DNA of 64,000 nucleotides from Caldilineaceae bacterium SB0664_bin_27. GTDB lineage: Bacteria > Chloroflexota > Anaerolineae > Caldilineales > Caldilineaceae. A program made the translations under genes and the position numbers. The notes beneath the pieces were generated by a model. That model searched no databases, was not told the origin of the DNA, and saw nothing but the letters and a program-made list of their open reading frames with translations. Positions 1-9,266 of this stretch are shown one piece after another; the first letter of the stretch is position 1; each line of letters opens with the position of its first letter. The DNA is taken from contig VXRG01000039.1 in assembly GCA_009838625.1 (NCBI GenBank), forward strand, positions 401 through 64,400. Reading direction: 5' to 3'.

Positions 1-510
1 CTGACCGCCGCAGTCTGGGCGCCTTCAGCCCACAACCGCCAGCCCTGGCGCTTCTGCGTTGTCACCTCCGATCCGGTCAAGCAGGATTTGAGCGACCGCA
101 TGGGCGCACGCTGGCGAGCCGACCTCAGCGCCGACGGTGTCGACGAGGCGATCATCGAGCGCCGAGTCCGCATCAGTCATGCCCGCATCACCGGCGCGCC
201 CGCGCTCGTCGCAGCCTCCCTCTCCCTGGAAGGCATGGACGACTACCCGGACCGGCGCCGCCAGGAGGCCGAATGGCTCATGGCCGTGCAAAGCACCGCC
301 TTGGCCTGCCAGAACCTGCTCCTGGCCGCCCACAACTACGGCCTCGCCGCCTGTTGGATGTGCGCGCCCCTCTTCGTGCCCGACCTGGTGCGGGATGTCC
401 TCGACCTGCCGCAAAGCTGGCATCCCCAGGCGCTGATCACCCTCGGCTACGCTGCCGAAGAAAAGCACCGCGAGCGCCTGCCATTGGCGGAACGGGTAAC
501 CTGGCGCTGA
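1..510 (+). CDS. nitroreductase-family protein, 5'-truncated by the window edge (resembles the FbiB C-terminal domain; probably F420-related)
   Basis: Frame 1 is open from base 1 ([21 protein letters not shown]...) and continues into the 88..510 ORF. 'SAHNRQPW' is a typical nitroreductase-fold motif. The gene lies directly upstream of cofD and cofC. Confidence 0.7.
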   Translation: MTAAVWAPSAHNRQPWRFCVVTSDPVKQDLSDRMGARWRADLSADGVDEAIIERRVRISHARITGAPALVAASLSLEGMDDYPDRRRQEAEWLMAVQSTALACQNLLLAAHNYGLAACWMCAPLFVPDLVRDVLDLPQSWHPQALITLGYAAEEKHRERLPLAERVTWR

Positions 511-550
511 ACCGCGCATCGTTGATTTCATATCCTGAAAAACGTGTCCT

Positions 551-1549
551 ATGGCCCCCAAACTGGCGAACTCTTTCCCGGTCGTGGCCCTGGCCGGCGG
601 TGTCGGCGGGGCCAAATTCGCAACCGGTCTGCAGGAAACTCTCCCCCCCGGCGCACTGTCCGTCATCGTCAACACCGGCGACGACTTCGAGCACTGGGGC
701 CTCACCATCTGCCCCGACATCGATACCGTCCTTTACGGGCTGGCCGGCGTCAACAACCCTCAGACCGGCTGGGGCCGCGCCCGCGAAACCTGGGACGTGC
801 TCGCAGAGATCGAGCGCCTCGGCGGGGAGGCCTGGTTCCGTCTGGGTGACAAGGACCTCGCCCTCCATCTGCTCCGTAACCAGTGGCTCAGAGCCGGCGC
901 CAACCTGACTCAAGTCACCGACCGCCTGCGCCAGAAGCTCGACGTGCCCTCCCGCGTCCTGCCCATGTGCAACGAGCCGGTGCGCTCCCTCGTGCACACC
1001 GACGAGGGCGATCTCCCCTTCCAGGACTACTTCGTGCGCCGTCGTTGCGAACCGGCCTTCCAGGGCCTCACCTTCGTCGGCGCCGGCGAGGCAACCCTCA
1101 CCCCCGAGGTCGCCGGACTGCTCCGGACCGCGTCCCAGATCATCATCTGCCCCAGCAATCCATACCTCAGCGTCGACCCGATCCTCTCGGTGCCCGGTCT
1201 GCGCCAGCTGCTGCTGGAAAGCAAGGCCCCCGTCGTCGCGGTCAGCCCCATCGTCGGCGGACGCGCCGTCAAGGGCCCCGTAGCCAAAATGATGCGCGAA
1301 ATGGGCCATCTCGAACACCTGCCGCTCACCGTCGTCGAGCACTACGGCGACCTGCTCGACGGATTCGTTCTCGACCAGCAGGACCGCGCCGAAGAAAGCC
1401 GCCTCCCCCTGCCCGCCCTGACGACCGATACGCTCATGACCGGCCTGTCCTCCAAACAACGCCTCGCGGCAGAGGTCCTGCAGTTCGGCCAAACCCTGCG
1501 AGACGGCAACCGCACCGCAAGTCGGCCCCGCCACGAAAATGACGCCTAA
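551..1549 (+). CDS. cofD: 2-phospho-L-lactate (or EPPG) transferase CofD/FbiA, F420 biosynthesis
   Basis: N-terminus VVALAGGVGGAKF, then NTGDDFEHWGL.ICPDIDTV.Y and ICPSNPYLS.DPIL, all characteristic of the CofD family. ATG at 551. Confidence 0.9.
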   Translation: MAPKLANSFPVVALAGGVGGAKFATGLQETLPPGALSVIVNTGDDFEHWGLTICPDIDTVLYGLAGVNNPQTGWGRARETWDVLAEIERLGGEAWFRLGDKDLALHLLRNQWLRAGANLTQVTDRLRQKLDVPSRVLPMCNEPVRSLVHTDEGDLPFQDYFVRRRCEPAFQGLTFVGAGEATLTPEVAGLLRTASQIIICPSNPYLSVDPILSVPGLRQLLLESKAPVVAVSPIVGGRAVKGPVAKMMREMGHLEHLPLTVVEHYGDLLDGFVLDQQDRAEESRLPLPALTTDTLMTGLSSKQRLAAEVLQFGQTLRDGNRTASRPRHENDA

Positions 1550-2210
1550 CGAGCAGAACAGATCGGGCCTCTGGGTGGTCGTCCCCGTCAAGCCCTTCAA
1601 CGAAGGCAAAAGCCGCCTCGCCGCGCAAATCACCCCCCAGCAGCGGTGTGCCCTCAACCGCGAGCTCCTCAGCCGCACCCTGACCGCCATCAACCAGGCC
1701 CAGCTAGACGCCGAAATCCTCGTCGTCAGCCGCGACAGCCGCGCCCTGGCCGCGGCCGAACGCGCCGGCAGCCACGCCCTGGCCGAGGAAAGTCAGCCCT
1801 GCACAGCCCTGCCCTCCTCCTGCACCCCCAATGACGCCGAGTCCGAACCACAGCTCAACGCCGCCCTCACCCAAGCCGCCCGCCACGCCGCCGCGCATGG
1901 CGCAACCAAACTCCTCGTTCTCCCCACCGACATGCCAAACCTCACAGCCGAGGACGTCCGCGCAATGGCCGCCTCCCGCGGCCTCGAACCGCAGATCAAC
2001 ATCGCCCCCAGCCGCGACGGCGGCACCAACGCGCTCATGCTCCAACCGGCCCAGGTAATCCCTTTCGCCTTCGGCCGCGACAGCTTCCTCCGCCACCAGC
2101 GCCTCGCCGCCCAGGCCGGCATCCCCGTCCACGTATTCCAGTCCGACTCCCTCTTCTTTGACATCGACCAGCCCGAAGACTACCGCCGTGTTTTCAGCCA
2201 CGGCAGTTAG
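1539..2210 (+). CDS. cofC: 2-phospho-L-lactate / phosphoenolpyruvate guanylyltransferase CofC/FbiD
   Basis: LWVVVPVKPFNEGKSRL N-terminus, GGTNAL and FDIDQPEDY near the C-terminus. Overlaps the cofD stop by 11 nt, suggesting an operon. Confidence 0.85.
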   Translation: MTPNEQNRSGLWVVVPVKPFNEGKSRLAAQITPQQRCALNRELLSRTLTAINQAQLDAEILVVSRDSRALAAAERAGSHALAEESQPCTALPSSCTPNDAESEPQLNAALTQAARHAAAHGATKLLVLPTDMPNLTAEDVRAMAASRGLEPQINIAPSRDGGTNALMLQPAQVIPFAFGRDSFLRHQRLAAQAGIPVHVFQSDSLFFDIDQPEDYRRVFSHGS

Positions 2211-2334
2211 GGGATAGCGGCGAGAAACTGCCAGGGACCGTTGACGAGCCAACTGCGTAGAGGCACACCTTATGGGTGCTCTGATCATCCCCTGGGCGGG
2301 TTCACTCATCACCTGGTTCAGCCTCTTTCGATGC

Positions 2335-3528
2335 TCAAACCATCTTCTTCGCGTCTTCGAGCCAGTCCCCCAGCCTCGCGAGCACCGGATAGAGCGCAAC
2401 CGTGAGCAGAAAGAGCGCCAGAGCCGCCATCACCGTGTCAGTGAAATCAAAGTAGGTCAACACCTCCATCACATGTCTTAAGTGAACGTTGATCGTCCCA
2501 CGCGCTATAGGGATAAATCCAACCGTAAACGCGCCTCCGGCGATCAGCGCGCGGCGCCATCCGCCGTGTATCCCCCTCCGATCCATCCGCTGGCAGACCA
2601 TATCCAAAAACAGTGCGCCGAGTAGGAAAATCAGTGTCAACTTGGGCCGCACCCCGGTGATCTGGAGAACCAGGGTCATTGCGCAGACTCGGATGCCTAG
2701 ATAGATCAGCGCCATTACCGTTGCCGTCCATGGGCCGGGAGCTACACGCCGCGCAAGGACCAGTGCAGCGAAGGAGATGGCGCCGGTGATTAGGGGAAAT
2801 ACCCAGACAGGACGGTTGGCGACGAGTTCAATATGATTGACCACCACCTCCCATTCAATGACGGCGATGATCAACAGTAAGTTAATGCCCAGGGCAAGGT
2901 AGATCAGTTTCAAAAAGTCGGTCCATTTTGCCAGGCGTCCTCGGATCTGGGCCCGCCCCATCAGACCAACGGCAGCGACCGGAAGACTCGCCGCGGCCGC
3001 GGCCAGGAAGATGTGGGGCGGACTCCAAGGAGTCAGGTCAAGCCCGTACAGTTCATGCCAGATGGCATCGGAAGGGATCGAAAGCAGACCATACCCCGCC
3101 AGAAGCACAGCGGCAGCTACATATGGATTATGCCGCGCCCACAGGCGGGGATCCCGGACGCCCGACTTCAGGTTGGGGATTGCCAGGGCGACCGTTCCGC
3201 TGAGTGCCACCAGAAATGCGAGTAGGAAGCTGGCGTATATCATAATGTGAGGCGGCCACAGAAAGTCCTCTCCTCCGGGGACGGTCCCGGTGATGACATG
3301 CTCGCTGAGGTCCCAGTAACTGCCGGCGCAGATCAGCAGGGAGCTGATGCCGATGAGGATCGCCAGTCTGAAGGAAAGTTGTGGCGAGGCAACGACGACA
3401 TGGTTGCGTGCCGCGTCGGTTGACAGACTGCGGTCCAGAGGTGACATGAACAGCCACCAGCCTATTATAGCCAATCCCCCGATAACCAGGGCCGAAAAGA
3501 CTACGCCCTGCAAAAACAGTGATTCCAT
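2335..3528 (-). CDS. polytopic membrane protein of unknown function (about 398 aa, at least 10 predicted TM helices)
   Basis: Hydrophobic helices run throughout. I prefer the start at MESLFLQ (ATG complement at 3526-3528), because the upstream 123 codons of the 520-aa ORF are Arg/Pro-rich junk overlapping the neighbouring gene. Confidence 0.6.
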   Translation of the reverse strand: MESLFLQGVVFSALVIGGLAIIGWWLFMSPLDRSLSTDAARNHVVVASPQLSFRLAILIGISSLLICAGSYWDLSEHVITGTVPGGEDFLWPPHIMIYASFLLAFLVALSGTVALAIPNLKSGVRDPRLWARHNPYVAAAVLLAGYGLLSIPSDAIWHELYGLDLTPWSPPHIFLAAAAASLPVAAVGLMGRAQIRGRLAKWTDFLKLIYLALGINLLLIIAVIEWEVVVNHIELVANRPVWVFPLITGAISFAALVLARRVAPGPWTATVMALIYLGIRVCAMTLVLQITGVRPKLTLIFLLGALFLDMVCQRMDRRGIHGGWRRALIAGGAFTVGFIPIARGTINVHLRHVMEVLTYFDFTDTVMAALALFLLTVALYPVLARLGDWLEDAKKMV

Positions 3529-3572
3529 GCGGTGTTGCCCCTTCCCCGGCGCGACGCGGAGGCAGTAGTCGT

Positions 3573-4339
3573 TTACCCCTGGCCGACCGGCTGGGCCGCC
3601 GGCAGCTGCTGGCGGCGCGTGCGCGGCCCGTTCAGCGTCCTCCCGATGATGGTGTAGCGCACGGCGAACTGGTAGGTGGCCAGCACAATCAGCGTCACGC
3701 CGGCACATACGATCAGGAATTTGAAGTGGTAATGGACTGGCATTCCAACGACCACGAGCTGGCCGGCAATAACCAGAGGCAGGTGAACCAGGTACGTCCA
3801 ATATGATGCGTCGGAAAAGTAGAGGACAGTGAAGCTTTCGCGGGAGGCAACCCAGCGGAACAGCCCCATTAATCCAAAACACATCAGCCAGGCGCAAGCG
3901 GCTTCAACCAGCGTACTGACCAGCGTCAAGGGGTTTTCAAACATGAAAGCGTTGGGGACGGCTCCTGCATGAACTGCCGCGGCTTCCTCGAGAGGAACGG
4001 CGCCTTCCAAGGCGGTGATGTATTGTTCCAGGAGGTAGAATCCAGCGTAGAAAGCAACCGCTGCAGCACCAGTCCACGCAGCCCCCGCCGCTGCCAGAGC
4101 AGAGCGCTGAAATAGCCGCTGAGCAGGAAGAACACCGGCATCCGGAAACCATGAATGGTCTCAATCACCAGCTTATAAGTCGGGTCGCCACTGACCGAGG
4201 CTTCGTGTATCGGCCAGAAAGGAGGCGGGTCGGGTAACAGGAAAACGCTGGAGTGGAGCACGATGCCAAGAAACATCGCCACGGCTCGCAGCGCGTCCAG
4301 ATCGTAGTAGCGTGGAGCGGGTTGAGGGACAGGCGCCAT
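3573..4339 (-). pseudogene. acyltransferase family 3 (OpgC/OafA-like) gene split by a frameshift
   Basis: The N-terminal half (RYYDLDALRAVAMFLGIVLH ... GFRMPVFFLLSGYF) is in the frame of ORF 3926..4594, starting at the ATG complement 4337-4339. The C-terminal TM half (AFYAGFYLLEQY...SYWTYLVHLPLVI...) is in the frame of ORF 3573..4010. The frames switch around 4010-4100. Confidence 0.65.
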
Positions 4340-4798
4340 AGTTCTGTCCTCGCTTCTGCCGGCATCGCGGAAACCTGATTTTGAACCTGCGATTCCGGAG
4401 GTAAGAGTATGAAATCCAATACGGATAGCACCAACGCGACCGGTTTCAGATGAGGAAGGCGACCGTGAACTGCCTTCAAAGACAGATGCGACCCCAGGAG
4501 AGGTACAGTGATGGTTTTGCGCTAGAAAACAATACAAAACTCCGGAAACAACCGCAGAAGCAACCCCATCATCGCGATGATGAAGCCCACGCAAACGAGC
4601 ATCAGCGCCCCTTTCACTTTGTCAGGCTTGAGGTCATCTCTCCGCATATCTGATGATGTCCGCTCTGAATTTGAGGTTTTGGCAATAGCCGGACTGAGGC
4701 TTGCCAGGTGAACTGTCAGCGGCGCCCACCGACTGATAGGCGCCCGGGCACTTCTCAGATACCTGGCTGCGAAACGACACAGGGGACTGGCCAATCGA

Positions 4799-4990
4799 TC
4801 AGTTTTCCTCGTAGCCTTGCACTATTTGCCGCACCAGTCTGTCAAATTCCGCTCGGGAATAATTGCGGTCAAACTGTGTCATGATCAGGTGCGCGATCTC
4901 CTCCGCCAGCGTACGCTCGTGGAACTCAGCCGAGGACAACAGGCGGCGGTACACATCATCCGGCAGCTCAAGCGTAACAATTTTTCTCAT
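4799..4990 (-). CDS. small ribbon-helix-helix-like protein (possible antitoxin or regulator)
   Basis: The 63-aa product starts MRKIVTLELPDDVYRRL (beta-strand then helix, as in CopG/Arc RHH proteins). It sits in a more AT-rich patch. No database check was possible. Confidence 0.45.
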   Translation of the reverse strand: MRKIVTLELPDDVYRRLLSSAEFHERTLAEEIAHLIMTQFDRNYSRAEFDRLVRQIVQGYEEN

Positions 4991-5467
4991 GTTCTTTCCT
5001 TTTCACGTTCAATCGGCAGGCAACCGGTGGTCAGAATATCAGGTGCAAACACGGCCGCTTCCCCGGTTGGAAGGGAAGCAGATCTGGCCGAGATTTCTCG
5101 GAAGATGGCCGACCCGTATCGACGTCGGGCTGGGGCGTCGTTCGTGCCGCACCGTGCTGTTGGGCATATCCGACTGCCGGTGTCGGGGCGTTTATTCAGT
5201 CGCAAAAGGGGTAGGTGTGGTAAGGACTCTGAAGGGCTGGAGCTCGAAAAATGGGTCTGACTTCAGGCAGTGTGTTAAAGTATACCCAGATAATGTGACG
5301 ATAGTGTGATAATAGGACTCAGAACAGTGTGGCTTTCGTGAGGAATCTCCCAGACAGCCGGGCTGGACAGGCCACTACGAGACCTTCCCCCCTCAACCCT
5401 TCTGTCCGCCCGACTTGAGACCTTTGGAAGTCTCCAATAGCGAACAGTCCAGTTTCAGGAGGCACGC

Positions 5468-7852
5468 ATGGAAGATTCCCCCTATCCTCAAAAGGAATTG
5501 GAAGCGCTCCGCGTCCGTCTGACCATGCTGACCGACGCGACTCTTCGCATCAACGAGAGCCTGGATTTCGATACGGTCCTGCAAGAGGTCCTGGACAATT
5601 CCTGTGCGTTGACGGACGCCCGCGTGGGTGTTATTACGATTCTGGACGAGTCGGGAGGCATACCGTTCTTCCTGGCTCACGGACTAACCTCTGCCGAGGC
5701 GGAGCAGCTCTGGACAGTGCAGTCAGGGAGAGAGGTCTACGAAGAGCTGAGCAAAGATTCGACGCCGCTGCGGCTCAGGGATTTTCAGGGATTCTCCAGG
5801 GGGCTGGGCCTGGAAGAAATGGAGCTGCCCCAATCCGTAAGCCCGATGATGTCCCTATTGGCCGCCCCATTACGGCATTTGGGCGAGCGCGTGGGCAATA
5901 TCTTCGTCGGCGAGAAAGAAGGGGGCAAGGAGTTTACGCCTGAAGATGAAGAAACCCTGGGGATGTTTGCTTCCCAGGCCGCGCTCGTCATCGCAAACGC
6001 GCGCCGCTACCGCGAGGAGCGCAAGGCCAGAGCCGACCTGGAGGCGCTGGTCAACACCTCGCCGGTCGGGGTCCTCGTACTGAACGCCAGAACGGGCGAG
6101 CCGGAGTCGGTCAATCAGGAAGCGAGAAGGATCGTAAGCGGCCTCTATATGCCGGACGGCTCCGCGGAGGAATTCCTGAAGGTATTGACCTACCGGCGCG
6201 CCGATGGGCGTGAAATTTCGCTGACCGAGTTGCCGCTCGCGCATCTCCTGAGCGCCAGCACGGCGGTGCGCGCCGAAGAGATCGTGATCCTGGCCCCGGA
6301 CGGACGCAGCGTGACCACCCTGATCAACGCAACACCTATCCGTTCGGAAGAAGGCGAGGTCGAGTCGGTCGTCGTCACCCTTCAGGATCTGACACCGTTG
6401 GAAGAAATTGAGAGGATGCGGGCCGGTTTCCTGGGGATGGTCAGCCACGAACTGAGAAGACCCCTGACCTCCATCAAAGGCTCCGCGGCCACCTTGCTGG
6501 AGGCTTCATCCGATCTTGCCCCCGCTGAATCGAAACAGTTCCACCGTATCATCAACGAGCAGGCGGATTACATGCGCTCCCTCATCAGCGATCTCCTCGA
6601 CGTTGCCCATATTGAAATGGGCACGCTCGCAGTCGATCCCCAACCCACAGTCGTGGCCGATATCGTTGATGACGCCCGCAACTCCTTTCTGAGCGAGGGC
6701 GCCCGTTCCAACATCCGCATCGACCTCGCCCCCGACCTGCCCCTGGTGCTGGCGGAAAAGCGGCGCATCGTTCAGGTCTTGATCAATCTGCTCGCCAACG
6801 CGGCCACCTACTCAAAAGAGTCTTCTGCAATCTCCGTGTCCGCAACGCGCACAGAGTCCCATGTCACCTTTTCGGTGATCGATGAGGGAATAGGTCTGCC
6901 TGCAGAACGCCTCCCCAACCTGTTCAGGAAATTTTCCCACTTCAATGAGAATGATCGTGAGTCAGATGGAGACGCGAGCGGAACGGGAATGGGCCTGGCC
7001 ATTTGCAAGGGAATCGTGGAGGCGCACGGAGGGCGTATTTGGGCCGAAAGCGACGGCCCGGACCTCGGCAGCCGCTTCACTTTTACCCTGCCGAAGGTGG
7101 AAGAGACAGTGGAGCGGGCTGTAGTCGGTCGATCTGTCGACCTGCCCCGCGTGCCGGATAATCAGACCCGCATCCTGGTGGTGGACGACGATCCGCGCAC
7201 TCTGCGATATGTACGGGACGCACTGACCAAAGCAGGTTACGCGCCACTCGTAACCGGAGATTCGGAAGAGGCGCTCTCTCTATTTGAGACCGACAGGCCC
7301 GACCTCGTTCTGCTGGACTTGAAGCTTCCCGGCGATGACGGCATCGAACTGATGAAGCGCTTTCTGGTCATAGCCGAGGTGCCGGTGATCTTTCTGTCCG
7401 GATACGACAGGGATGAAACGATTGCCCGGGCATTTGACCTGGGCGCCTCCGACTACGTTGTAAAACCCTTTTCGACAACGGAGCTGTTGGCACGGATCAG
7501 GGCAGCTCTGCGCAGGCAGGAAAGACCGAAGCAGATCGAGCCATTCGCGGCGGGAGAGTTAGTGGTCCACTATGGGGAGAGGCGGGTCACTGTGGCAGGG
7601 GACGAAGTACAGCTGACTACGACTGAGTATCGGTTGCTCTGTGAGCTTGCCGGCAGCGCCGGACATGTGCTGTCACACGACCTCCTGCTTCAACGCATCT
7701 GGGGCGCGGAGAGCGTCGGCGACACGCGGCCGTTGCGAACCGTAGTCAAAACTCTCCGTCGCAAACTGCGTGACGACGCCAACAACGCCCGTTATATTCT
7801 GACAGTACCGCGCGTCGGCTACCGTATGGCGAAGCCCGCAACGACGGACTAG
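5468..7852 (+). CDS. cytoplasmic GAF-PAS sensor histidine kinase fused to a complete OmpR-type response regulator (REC plus winged-helix)
   Basis: AGGAGG RBS 5 nt upstream of the ATG. H-box MVSHELRRPLTSI; N/G boxes LINLLANAATYS and GTGMGLAICKGIVEAHGG; REC RILVVDDDP...LVLLDLKLPGDDG...DYVVKPF; Trans_reg_C LTTTEYRLL...RTVVKTLRRKL...VPRVGYRM. No TM segment. Confidence 0.9.
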   Translation: MEDSPYPQKELEALRVRLTMLTDATLRINESLDFDTVLQEVLDNSCALTDARVGVITILDESGGIPFFLAHGLTSAEAEQLWTVQSGREVYEELSKDSTPLRLRDFQGFSRGLGLEEMELPQSVSPMMSLLAAPLRHLGERVGNIFVGEKEGGKEFTPEDEETLGMFASQAALVIANARRYREERKARADLEALVNTSPVGVLVLNARTGEPESVNQEARRIVSGLYMPDGSAEEFLKVLTYRRADGREISLTELPLAHLLSASTAVRAEEIVILAPDGRSVTTLINATPIRSEEGEVESVVVTLQDLTPLEEIERMRAGFLGMVSHELRRPLTSIKGSAATLLEASSDLAPAESKQFHRIINEQADYMRSLISDLLDVAHIEMGTLAVDPQPTVVADIVDDARNSFLSEGARSNIRIDLAPDLPLVLAEKRRIVQVLINLLANAATYSKESSAISVSATRTESHVTFSVIDEGIGLPAERLPNLFRKFSHFNENDRESDGDASGTGMGLAICKGIVEAHGGRIWAESDGPDLGSRFTFTLPKVEETVERAVVGRSVDLPRVPDNQTRILVVDDDPRTLRYVRDALTKAGYAPLVTGDSEEALSLFETDRPDLVLLDLKLPGDDGIELMKRFLVIAEVPVIFLSGYDRDETIARAFDLGASDYVVKPFSTTELLARIRAALRRQERPKQIEPFAAGELVVHYGERRVTVAGDEVQLTTTEYRLLCELAGSAGHVLSHDLLLQRIWGAESVGDTRPLRTVVKTLRRKLRDDANNARYILTVPRVGYRMAKPATTD

Positions 7853-8031
7853 GGCTCGTTGACGTCCGTTTATCACGGCACGCAATAGAGGAACTTCCCG
7901 ATCAGGCTTGCAGGCGTACCGTTATCATTGCGTTTTGAGCCGCCTTCCAAAACCCCAACGGCCTCTGGTCACTACCTTCTCCAGTCCGCCTCTCCCCCTC
8001 CAATCGGGGCGTCGGGACTGCTGAAACGTCC

Positions 8032-8060
8032 TTGACAGATAATATCATTAACCGTATTCT
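8032..8060 (+). promoter_or_regulatory. candidate sigma-70 promoter for the sugar ABC operon
   Basis: TTGACA (8032-8037), a 17-nt spacer, then TATTCT (8055-8060), about 100 nt upstream of the permease ATG. It overlaps the left arm of a 9-bp inverted repeat (8056-8064 / 8090-8098). Confidence 0.4.
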
Positions 8061-8156
8061 CTGCTCACAGAGGATGACCTTCATCTTTCGCAGAGAATTG
8101 CGTTCAGTTCCGGTCATCGGGCTAGCCTGGAATACCGTTTACGCAGCGGAACGACC

Positions 8157-9194
8157 ATGAGCTTCTCCTCCTCTACATTAGCTTCCATACCAGGCAGACT
8201 GCGCGGCAATAGCCAGCTGAACGCTCTCGGCAGCTTCCTGTTGCGGGAGCCGCAGGTCGTCCTCACTGTCGCCCTGGTCGTCCTGATGGGGATCCTGAAC
8301 CCCCGCTTCCTGACCGCCCGCAATCTCATCAACGTACTCCGCCAGTCCTCCATCAACGGCATCGTTACCGTGGGCGTCTGCTGGATGATGATCAGCGGCA
8401 GCTTCGACCTCTCCGTCGGGGCGATCGTCTCCCTCATCAGCGTGACCATGGTCGCCATGCTCGAGGGAGGCGCCGGCATCGCCACCACCTGCATCTTCGG
8501 CCTCGCAATCGGACTTGCAACCGGCGTTTTCAACGGTTTTCTCGTCGGCAGGCTGAAGGCGAATCCCATGCTGACCACCCTGGGAACGATGACCATATTC
8601 CAGGGCATCGCCCTCCTGAGCGCCGGCGGCTACTACTACAGAGTCCCGCGCAACAGTCCATTCCTTCTGATTGCCGACGGCTTCATCGGCCCCTTCGCCG
8701 TCCCTACAATTATCTTCCTGGCCCTTGCCCTGGTCATGCACCTGGTCCTGTCCGAAACATCCCTGGGCGCCAGGGTGTACGCGATCGGCGGCGATGAAGA
8801 GGCGGCCAAGCTGGCCGGCGTACGCGTTCCCCTCTACCGGACACTTATGTATATCGCGACCGGAGTCTGCTCCGCGGTTGCCGCCATGGTCGTCAGCGCC
8901 CGCGCAGGCTCCGGCCACTACTTCATCGGCCTCAACTACGAGTTTCACGCCATTACCGCATCCGTCCTCGGCGGCAACTACATCTTTGGCGGCAGGGGCA
9001 GCGTCGCCAGGGGCGTTTGGGGCGCGATCCTCGTCGCCCTGTTGAACAACTCGCTTACGATTCTCGGATTCGAACCGGAGACACAGCTGGTGGTCCAGGG
9101 GGTGGTAACCGCCAGCCTGGTTGCCATCCAGGTAGCGGGCAGGGAAAAGAAAACCGAGCCGGAGCTTCAGTCTCAAGAGCCGAATGGTGCGTAG
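8157..9194 (+). CDS. sugar ABC transporter permease (CUT2/RbsC family)
   Basis: 10-TM profile with typical RbsC-like motifs (GSFDLSVGAIVSL, GGRGSV.G...GA). Confidence 0.85.
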   Translation: MSFSSSTLASIPGRLRGNSQLNALGSFLLREPQVVLTVALVVLMGILNPRFLTARNLINVLRQSSINGIVTVGVCWMMISGSFDLSVGAIVSLISVTMVAMLEGGAGIATTCIFGLAIGLATGVFNGFLVGRLKANPMLTTLGTMTIFQGIALLSAGGYYYRVPRNSPFLLIADGFIGPFAVPTIIFLALALVMHLVLSETSLGARVYAIGGDEEAAKLAGVRVPLYRTLMYIATGVCSAVAAMVVSARAGSGHYFIGLNYEFHAITASVLGGNYIFGGRGSVARGVWGAILVALLNNSLTILGFEPETQLVVQGVVTASLVAIQVAGREKKTEPELQSQEPNGA

Positions 9195-9266
9195 CGGGTA
9201 ACCGGTCACCGCCGGCCGGCGAACTGGCTCCCTTTCCGAATCTGTTGCGAACTCACGAGGTCTTTC

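Noticed and set aside
437-1693. 418-aa antisense ORF opposite cofD. Similar long antisense ORFs: 8178..9380, 9411..10532, 13575..14498, 15454..16626, 16574..18334, 24138..26165, 29015..30208, 32473..33657, 34929..35816, 36201..37253, 44660..45886, 50983..51894, 53677..54642, 59489..60286, 61432..62166.
   Set aside because: Their products are Arg/Gly/Ala/Pro-rich and low in complexity, with no motifs. Each lies opposite a gene with clear family signatures. This is the typical stop-codon-poor shadow frame of high-GC DNA.
3529-3897. N-terminal 123 codons of the 520-aa ORF 2335..3897
   Set aside because: This stretch is Arg/Pro/Cys-rich and non-hydrophobic, and it overlaps the acyltransferase C-terminal frame. 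The hydrophobic protein begins cleanly at MESLFLQ (3528).
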